Assembly (NCBI GenBank): GCA_002426755.1
Contig: DINI01000028.1
Location: 173,433 to 237,432, forward strand
Direction of reading: 5' to 3'
Source: Flavobacteriaceae bacterium UBA5544
GTDB taxonomy: Bacteria; Bacteroidota; Bacteroidia; Flavobacteriales; Flavobacteriaceae
DNA: 64,000 bases
Each line of letters starts with the position of its first letter. Within the stretch, counting starts at the first letter, position 1. The notes beneath the pieces are model-generated. The model was not told the DNA's origin, ran no database searches, and saw only the letters and a list, made by a program, of their open reading frames with translations. Below are positions 57,652 through 64,000 of this stretch, piece by piece. The position numbers and the translations under genes were made by a program.

Positions 57652-58422
57652 TTGCGTATGGTTAAGTACGTTATCACCAATTCCATGAAACGCCATGAGC
57701 GTGCCAATCTGTGTTTGAAAGTTTTTAATGATATGGTTGACTGCCATAAATTGTACTATTTGTCCAAACCTTTGGGTAAAATCATTGAGAGCAAACTTAA
57801 AAGCCAAAACAAATTTAGGCCCAGTAAAGAGCCGATTTTTGCCATCACCTCTTCAACCTATAGAGGGCTTCCATTTTATATTTTCCTCGATAGGACGCAA
57901 ACGGTTCAAGTGGTTTTTAATACCTCGCCGATCGATGCTTCTTATGTGGAGTTTATAAAGATTCTTAATTTGCCCAATAACAAGACGATGGTGTTCACCC
58001 AGCACGCATTGGACCGCTATAATGAGCGTGTGCATGGGCGTAAGTATGACAATTATAAGGATATCATGAAACGGTTTATGGTGAACAACCCGATGGTCAA
58101 TTCTAACATTGTGCATAACGGGCATAAAATCACCTCGAGGGTTGCAGAAGGATTTTTAAGCGGGACCAGGGACACCACCCATCACATGATGATCATGAAT
58201 ACTTTTTTTGACAAGCTCGATGAGGAGGACAATAAATCGCAGCATTATAGCAGATCCTATTTTGATTCTTTGTCGGCCCTATCCCCTGACCTGCGGGATT
58301 TTTTTAAGAATTTAGAATATGAAAAAGCCAAAGGGAACATTACCCATGAGGAAATGATCGTACAACTTCAGCTACGTTATCTCCAACTCATTGAGGAGGG
58401 GATGAAGAAAGGATTGTTATAA
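57652..58422 (+). CDS. Hypothetical protein, possible RNase-toxin-like domain
   Basis: 256 aa; FTQHALDRYNERV motif. Confidence 0.55.
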   Translation: MRMVKYVITNSMKRHERANLCLKVFNDMVDCHKLYYLSKPLGKIIESKLKSQNKFRPSKEPIFAITSSTYRGLPFYIFLDRTQTVQVVFNTSPIDASYVEFIKILNLPNNKTMVFTQHALDRYNERVHGRKYDNYKDIMKRFMVNNPMVNSNIVHNGHKITSRVAEGFLSGTRDTTHHMMIMNTFFDKLDEEDNKSQHYSRSYFDSLSALSPDLRDFFKNLEYEKAKGNITHEEMIVQLQLRYLQLIEEGMKKGLL

Positions 58423-58476
58423 CTGCAAAGTCATAAACCCCCGATTAAGAGACTTTAGGGCCACTGTTTCTTTCTA

Positions 58477-58659
58477 TCAGTATTGCCACCAGGCTTTGAT
58501 AAATTCATCTTCCTTTAAGGGCGTTGGCACCAGATTGAAGCCTTTGCGCTGTTCCCAAACCGCTTTTGCTTCACGAATAAACCCTTGCAGGGTCAATACT
58601 TGTACCATATAGGTACCGTTGTCGGTCGGGAGGATTTTGTCTAGGTTGTGATAAGGCAT
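58477..58659 (-). CDS. 60-aa hypothetical protein, phage-like
   Basis: LP.DNGTYMVQV...IKAWWQY resembles small phage DUF551-like peptides. Confidence 0.5.
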   Translation of the reverse strand: MPYHNLDKILPTDNGTYMVQVLTLQGFIREAKAVWEQRKGFNLVPTPLKEDEFIKAWWQY

Positions 58660-58777
58660 TGGTATTTAAGTTTAGTTTAGGTATTAAAAGTAGCTCGTAA
58701 TTGTTAGACGGATTAACTGAAATGGAAAAATTGTGTGCTTGAATCGGGCCTTAAAAATGGTTTAAAGCTATCGGTAG

Positions 58778-59068
58778 CTATGGTGCTGGTGCCAATACTT
58801 CGCGCATCAACTCTTCCGGGCTCTGTTTTTGGGTGAGGTCTCGCAGCTTGTGTTTTAGTTTGAAGAGTTCGCCGTTTTTATTGGCAAGGCTTTTGCCCTC
58901 GCAGGGCAGTTTTTCGAGGGTGTGCATGCAGGCTTCTACGTAGAAGATGTTCATGAGCAGGAAGTGGGCCTTGCTATTGAGGTGTGGTACCCCATTGGCT
59001 TTGACCAACTGGCTGTAGTAGGATGTGAATTTCATGATTTTTGTGTTTGATATTACAAAAATACTCAT
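58778..59068 (-). CDS. Small hypothetical protein (ATG 59035 likely)
   Basis: Helical ORF MKFTSYYSQLVKANGVPHLN... Confidence 0.55.
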   Translation of the reverse strand: MSIFVISNTKIMKFTSYYSQLVKANGVPHLNSKAHFLLMNIFYVEACMHTLEKLPCEGKSLANKNGELFKLKHKLRDLTQKQSPEELMREVLAPAP

Positions 59069-59133
59069 AGTTGTAGCTGGGTGTTGCTACATTTTGTAGA
59101 ATTTGGGAGGGGTTTTTGGGTGGTTTAGTTATG

Positions 59134-59772
59134 CTATGACTGTTCAGTTATATACATGTGATTTGAAGGATTTGGAATAGGATTTCCTTTTATTTGTGAT
59201 GTAATCTTCTCAACCCATTCTTTTTGTTTTTTGTTATTCGGTGGAAGAGGATGATAATAGGCAAATTCCGTTTTCGTTTTTTTGATTCCAAAGGTATTTT
59301 CTATGCCTATCTTGTCTAAAGCTTTCTTTGCTAATTCATTTAATTTTTTATTGACGCCCCATGCAAGGATGATTGGGATTTGTCTAATAAATAGATTGTC
59401 AAACTCTTCATTTCTTCGGGAATCAAATATTGAATGCGGAATATTATGAGCTATAAACTCTGGAATCTTTTTGTAGAATATTTTACATTTTGGCTCTTTC
59501 AAATCCGACAAATTAAAAACACGAGCATAATTAAATCCACATTCGTTCATAACCAACATGATCTGGTTTTGAGTTGGATCTGGTTTTGTAACTGTTTCGG
59601 AACCACTGTAATCATTTTTATCAATTGGTTCTGAACTGCCAGGATTCATCATGATGACCATTAAATCTGGAGTTTCTATATCAATATTTTTCCTCTTAAT
59701 GTTTAAGTACTTTCTAAACTTATGATTATCGACTTGATAGAATAGCCCTGTTATTATGAAGTTCTCTTTCAT
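59134..59772 (-). CDS. DUF1643-family protein
   Basis: VIMMNPGSS, PDPT, VFNLSD, IILAWG, YHPL motifs. Confidence 0.75.
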   Translation of the reverse strand: MKENFIITGLFYQVDNHKFRKYLNIKRKNIDIETPDLMVIMMNPGSSEPIDKNDYSGSETVTKPDPTQNQIMLVMNECGFNYARVFNLSDLKEPKCKIFYKKIPEFIAHNIPHSIFDSRRNEEFDNLFIRQIPIILAWGVNKKLNELAKKALDKIGIENTFGIKKTKTEFAYYHPLPPNNKKQKEWVEKITSQIKGNPIPNPSNHMYITEQS

Positions 59773-59827
59773 CTGGAATTTTTGAGAGCAGTTTAATCAA
59801 AAAGACTTGTGCCATTGTTGCCAGTAG

Positions 59828-60247
59828 TTATTTATTCACTTTTCTTCCATAAACCGATATTTTAATCGGAAAAATTTGAAGCTCAATTCCTTCTCCAAGG
59901 CTAAATGAAAATGTTTTAGTTTTCTTTAGTATGCCTTTTGAAGTATATGAATTTCCAGTCAAATTATTATACGCTTGTACACCATTGGAATGAAAGGCGT
60001 TACCAGTCAAGTTGTTGTAAGCTTGAACTCCGTTGGAATGAAATGCACTTCCTGTCAGATTGTTATAAGCCTGAACCCCATTAGAATGAAAGGCACTACC
60101 AGTCAAATTGTTATAGGCTTGGACCCCATTAGAATGGAAAGCACCACCAGTTAAATTGTTGTAAGCTTGAACTCCGTTTGGATGAAAAGCACTACCAGTT
60201 AAATCATTCCATTTATATACTCCATTTGGGTGTTTTGAACTAGCCAT
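59828..60247 (-). CDS. 139-aa protein with 16-aa tandem repeats (NNLTGSAFHSNGVQAY x5 plus 2 partial)
   Basis: 48-bp period; repeats differ mostly at synonymous positions. Confidence 0.85.
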   Translation of the reverse strand: MASSKHPNGVYKWNDLTGSAFHPNGVQAYNNLTGGAFHSNGVQAYNNLTGSAFHSNGVQAYNNLTGSAFHSNGVQAYNNLTGNAFHSNGVQAYNNLTGNSYTSKGILKKTKTFSFSLGEGIELQIFPIKISVYGRKVNK

Positions 60248-60262
60248 ATTCTATAATTGAAT

Positions 60263-60787
60263 TTAATTATTATGTAAAAACCATTCATAAAGTAATGGTT
60301 TCATTGATTTTTCTTCTTTAGTTTCTTGTTCGTAATTTAAGACAAAATCTCTCGGAATTTCAATTCCATAATATGTATGTGGAAAACTATCGTTTTCCTG
60401 GTTAAAAGGGTCTTCAGCATCCTCAATTCTAGCTAGGTCAATTATGTTTCCATCTACAGTATTAAAACTATGTGTAATAATCGGATAAGGGAATGTATTG
60501 CGAGCTACAAAACCTGTATAGTATTTAAAATTACAATCTGCAATTGTAGAAGCTTTTGCCGAATAGTGACATTGATAATGAATATGTTCATATCCAAGGT
60601 CATTAATTCCATTTAACATTTCATTACTTGGAACTACTTCATTGTATGATTCTATTGTATTAATTTCTTGTAAATTATCTCTTATCCATTGATTAAAAAT
60701 ATCCTTTTCAAGTCCATAGATTTCATTGTAAAAGATTCCGCCTTCGTCAAGGCATAATTCGTAAAAATCTACTTCGTTCAAATTCAT
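60263..60787 (-). CDS. 174-aa hypothetical protein with a putative Cys-His-Asp triad (transglutaminase/papain-like)
   Basis: QCHYSA (C73), YYTGF, THSFN (H106), GNIID (D117). Confidence 0.55.
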   Translation of the reverse strand: MNLNEVDFYELCLDEGGIFYNEIYGLEKDIFNQWIRDNLQEINTIESYNEVVPSNEMLNGINDLGYEHIHYQCHYSAKASTIADCNFKYYTGFVARNTFPYPIITHSFNTVDGNIIDLARIEDAEDPFNQENDSFPHTYYGIEIPRDFVLNYEQETKEEKSMKPLLYEWFLHNN

Positions 60788-60829
60788 TTATTTTCGGTTT
60801 TTTGACAGGTTATGCTGTTTTTTTTTAAT

Positions 60830-60969
60830 TACTGGCAACGTTTTGTGTATGGTTAGTTGCGTGGTTAAGCAACTAATTTAGTATACAAAAACTTGCCAGA
60901 GAAAATTCCGAAGGAATTTTCCAGATAAGCACTTGCCAAAGCAATTAATTATACACGGTGTTAGCAACA
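60830..60969 (-). other. attC-like imperfect palindrome (Flavo-1-type element)
   Basis: Outer arms AAC..GTGTAT-GGTTAGTTGC / GCAATTAATT-ATACAC..GTT; inner hairpin GAAAATTCC/GGAATTTTC; lies between a stop codon and the next start. Confidence 0.75.
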
Positions 60970-61822
60970 GTACTTATTTGATTTTTGAATTAATGTCATT
61001 CAATTTTTTTGCGAATTCAAGTTTTCTTAATTCTTTATTTCGTTTGTCTACAGCTTCATCTAATGAGAAGAAGATAATAGCTTTTACAATCGGTAAATAT
61101 TCTTGACATTCATTTTCTTCGAGCTCGTGCACTCCTTTACTTAAGGTGGAATATATATGAGAATTATCATTAAAATAATCAGGTAAAAATTCTTTTACAT
61201 AATTCAATTTATCTTCCATTCTCAATTTCCTGAATTCTTCTTCAGAAATTTTTTCAGCTATGTCTGATTCGTTAAAGTTCTTTAATATTATTCCTTCGAA
61301 TATCCTTCTGTAATACAAAAATGAAGCAATTGCGTAGCCATATGATTCTAACTGGGAAGCCTTTGCCAACTCTTTTAATTGAATATTATCAAGTACTTTC
61401 TTGTATTTATTAAAGTTTTCAATTACAGTATCGTATTTTGAAGGATACTCCGAAATTTTGACGAGTTGACTATCATCTAAATAGAAACCAAAAAGTATTT
61501 GGTGCTTTGGATTTGCACTACATCGAAAAGTTTTAAAAAGACTTGGTTTATTTCTGATTGCCTGTTGTCCATAATGAGAATTTCTAACACTTGATGTATC
61601 ATATATTCCGCTATCAGGCGCAAAAATTCTTTTCGCTTCACATTCTGTGCAGTAATGCTCAATTCTATCTTTAAAGCTCGATATTAGATAATTGAGGTCG
61701 GTTTCCGACCAAATTCCATTTTCATCTTCAACTTCTACTTTATTGTTCCATTTCGTATAAAGTGGTGAATCAACAATTATTTGCTTTATATCCATAAATT
61801 TGAGTTTGTATTGTTGCTAACA
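60959..61822 (-). mobile_element. Integron-like gene cassette 1 (one gene)
   Basis: Perfect 11-bp inverted pair TGTTAGCAACA (60959-60969) / TGTTGCTAACA (61812-61822) bracketing the 273-aa gene. Confidence 0.7.
60974..61795 (-). CDS. 273-aa hypothetical protein, Zn-ribbon plus HEPN-like domain
   Basis: CTEC...C..H; helical C-half with YRRIFE and LSKGVHEL. Confidence 0.55.
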   Translation of the reverse strand: MDIKQIIVDSPLYTKWNNKVEVEDENGIWSETDLNYLISSFKDRIEHYCTECEAKRIFAPDSGIYDTSSVRNSHYGQQAIRNKPSLFKTFRCSANPKHQILFGFYLDDSQLVKISEYPSKYDTVIENFNKYKKVLDNIQLKELAKASQLESYGYAIASFLYYRRIFEGIILKNFNESDIAEKISEEEFRKLRMEDKLNYVKEFLPDYFNDNSHIYSTLSKGVHELEENECQEYLPIVKAIIFFSLDEAVDKRNKELRKLEFAKKLNDINSKIK

Positions 61823-61957
61823 TCTGGATAAACGCACAGCTGTGTTTATTTCGATTATAAATTTTTAAATTGATATGTTTATTCGGCATAATCTTTAGAT
61901 AAACAAACCTTTTATTACATAGTATAGCAATTACGCTAAAATAAAGGAGATATCAAA

Positions 61958-61973
61958 TACGTAGTTCTACGTA
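61958..61973. promoter_or_regulatory. Perfect palindrome TACGTAG-tt-CTACGTA (operator-like)
   Basis: Directly visible, in the spacer upstream of the first cassette. Confidence 0.5.
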
Positions 61974-61994
61974 ATTGTTAATTAAAATTATTTA

Positions 61995-64000
61995 CTAGGA
62001 ATTTTTTACAATATCAATCTCCTCTTCCGTCAACCCATATAACTCATACACCATTGCGTCAATCTCTTTATCGGTTTGGTCTATTTGGGATTTGAGGGCT
62101 AGGGCTTTTTGTTGTTCGGTGGTGAAGTAATCTTCCCACTCTGCTTCTTCGGATAGAGAGAGTTTTATTTTCTTTTTTGCTAGTTCTTTGATGAACTCGG
62201 CATAGCTCAACTCATACCAACTTTCTAACTTTTTAGGTAACTTATCCAAGCCTTTAAATTTGCGTTGGAGGGTGCGTTGGAATTTGTTGTTTGTATTGAT
62301 AAATGAACTATATGATGATTGAATATCATCAACATGTAACTCTAATAATTTAATATTGTTAATTTCCTCAATGTTTTTAGAAATTGGAACAGTTAAGACT
62401 TTATCTCTTCTAAAATCGAAGTACCCTCCTTGCAATGAAGTGCAAATATTTTTCAGATAAAAGAATATAAGTTTTGAATTTAAAATTGCAATCAACGCTT
62501 TTGAATCAGAAGCAATAAAATAATTATTATTTGTTAATAAAAGTGAGCCCTCATTGTCCAAATAGAAACCACATTCATTTGAAATACTTCTCCATATTAT
62601 TTTAGGTTTTTGAATTTTGTCATAATAATCACAAGGTCTTAAATTCCACCAATTCTTTCCTTTATCACCTCTCTTAATTAAGTCCTTTTCAAAATTTGAT
62701 AACCAACTAAAAATACTAGGATATTTACTTTTTACATTAATGTCGTATTCAGTTAATATTATATATTTTCCACTATTTTCGTGTCTATATCTATATATGT
62801 CTTTTCCTGTTGCAACACTTTTAATTAATTCTTTTGATTTTATATCCTCATTCTCTAATATATCTTTCACACTATCATCTATAATGAAAGCATCATTTTT
62901 GCCAGTTTTAATTCCTAGAAAAACTTTCTTATTTACGTAGTCATTTAAGGACACTGACTTATGAAATAATTTTTTAAAAACCTTCTCACTGTTTTTATCT
63001 ATAAAATTCCATACATCGTTATTTAATGAGCTTTTTAAAACTTCATAAGCCTTTAAATTCAATAATCCGATAGGGTCTATTGTGAAATCTCTTTTATTAA
63101 TTTCCGAATAAATGAAATATTCTTTATTAGTCGATTTGTTTTTATTTAATACATAAATTATTGGATAAGTTGTGGCATCATCAAAAACAGGGTAATCATC
63201 AAAATCAAAAAGTAGTTCTAAATTGGTTTTTTCTTTTATGACTTTTCTAATTTGTCTGCCATAGGAAGCTTTTAAAAACTTATTTGGAAGAATAAATGAA
63301 AACGAACCTTTTTCATTCATTAAGTTAATACCTTTTTCAATAAAGTATGTATATAAATCGGCTACACTATTATAGCATTCATAGTTCTTTTCTAAATATG
63401 GCTTAATCTCCTTAAATAATTCCTGCCTAACATAAGGCGGATTCCCAATCACCACATCAAAACCCCGTTTAGTTTCAGCAGATTGCTTCGTGCCTCGCAA
63501 TGACGTTGTGATGGTGTTGGGTGATGGATTGAAGATTTGAGAGAACTCTTTCTCCCAATTAAATGCCTTATCGCCAGCGACCTTTTTATCATCAATCAAA
63601 CTATTGCCACATTTTATGTTGCTGTTTAAATCGTTGAGCTTACGTCGGGGCTGTGCGGTGCGTAACCAAAGGGAGAGTTTTGCAATCTCTACCGATTCTT
63701 CATTGAGGTCCACCCCATAGATATTGTTTTCTAAAATGGTGTTCTCGATATCACTCAATACCAAGCCACCACCAAGGACATTGGCTTTGAGTTCGTCGAT
63801 ATAACGATGTTCCTTAATCAGGAAATCCAAGGCTTGGTTTAGAAATGCGCCAGAGCCACAGGCAGGGTCGCAGATGGTGAGTTGCAATAGCCAATTGCGA
63901 TAGGTGTCCAGCAGGTCTACCAATTCCTGTAGTTTCTTTTTTGGTCGGTTGGCACGGCTTTTAAAGTATTCCTCTTCCTGAAAACCGAGTTCGACTTTCT
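61995..64000 (-). CDS. Type IIG (Eco57I/TaqI-like) restriction-modification enzyme, 5'-partial; frame stays open to the window end
   Basis: DPACGSGAF motif I, GVDLNEESVEIAKLSLW, GFDVVIGNPPY motif IV, TaqI-C-like KIIWRSIS. Confidence 0.9.
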   Translation of the reverse strand, partial: KVELGFQEEEYFKSRANRPKKKLQELVDLLDTYRNWLLQLTICDPACGSGAFLNQALDFLIKEHRYIDELKANVLGGGLVLSDIENTILENNIYGVDLNEESVEIAKLSLWLRTAQPRRKLNDLNSNIKCGNSLIDDKKVAGDKAFNWEKEFSQIFNPSPNTITTSLRGTKQSAETKRGFDVVIGNPPYVRQELFKEIKPYLEKNYECYNSVADLYTYFIEKGINLMNEKGSFSFILPNKFLKASYGRQIRKVIKEKTNLELLFDFDDYPVFDDATTYPIIYVLNKNKSTNKEYFIYSEINKRDFTIDPIGLLNLKAYEVLKSSLNNDVWNFIDKNSEKVFKKLFHKSVSLNDYVNKKVFLGIKTGKNDAFIIDDSVKDILENEDIKSKELIKSVATGKDIYRYRHENSGKYIILTEYDINVKSKYPSIFSWLSNFEKDLIKRGDKGKNWWNLRPCDYYDKIQKPKIIWRSISNECGFYLDNEGSLLLTNNNYFIASDSKALIAILNSKLIFFYLKNICTSLQGGYFDFRRDKVLTVPISKNIEEINNIKLLELHVDDIQSSYSSFINTNNKFQRTLQRKFKGLDKLPKKLESWYELSYAEFIKELAKKKIKLSLSEEAEWEDYFTTEQQKALALKSQIDQTDKEIDAMVYELYGLTEEEIDIVKNS
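63480..63504. repeat. REP-like element AGATTGCTTCGTGCCTCGCAATGAC inside the RM coding frame
   Basis: Translates as SLRGTKQS in an extra loop before GFDVVIGNPPY; resembles the dispersed GTCATTGCGAG..GAAGCAATCT repeat. Confidence 0.7.

Larger units (their letters stand above)
59817..60839 (-). mobile_element. Integron-like gene cassette 2 (two genes)
   Basis: Perfect 10-bp inverted pair GTTGCCAGTA (59817-59826) / TACTGGCAAC (60830-60839) bracketing the 174-aa and 139-aa genes. Confidence 0.7.

Noticed and set aside
59930-60230. CRISPR-like or non-coding 48-bp repeats
   Set aside because: Repeats are contiguous, in frame and vary at third codon positions, so they are a coding repeat

Overview
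64 kb of a Flavobacteriaceae (Bacteroidota) chromosome, judged from TAnnTTTG promoters, AT-rich translation starts and gene content. About 1-48 kb is mostly core genome: ung, mutS2, rarD, aroC, bshA, GH3, serB, MlaD, amidase, LptD-like, guaC, gap, pfkA, tamB, tsaD, rsmE. One AT-rich insert at about 5.9-8.8 kb encodes a secreted two-EF-hand mini-protein and a TonB-dependent-type beta-barrel, and abuts a 5'-truncated DUF4139 gene. 48.5-55.6 kb is the known Lhr-helicase/PdeM/ATP-ligase/exonuclease operon plus stress genes. 55.6-64 kb is accessory DNA with the two best candidates for an undescribed system. (1) An integron-like cassette array on the minus strand (59.8-61.8 kb). Each cassette is bracketed by its own perfect inverted core pair (TGTTAGCAACA/TGTTGCTAACA; GTTGCCAGTA/TACTGGCAAC). 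A hybrid attC-like hairpin resembling the Flavo-1 motif lies between the two cassettes, and the cargo looks defence- or toxin-like. No integrase is in the window. (2) A module made of a strictly 11-bp-phased CCTTA array (12 units), a promoter, a ~210-nt structured leader, an uncharacterised Bacteroidota protein and a terminator. The window ends inside a type IIG restriction-modification gene whose specificity region looks swapped and which carries an in-frame REP-like insertion. No rRNA, tRNA, CRISPR array or transposase was seen. Family assignments come from motif recognition by eye, and GC values are visual estimates.
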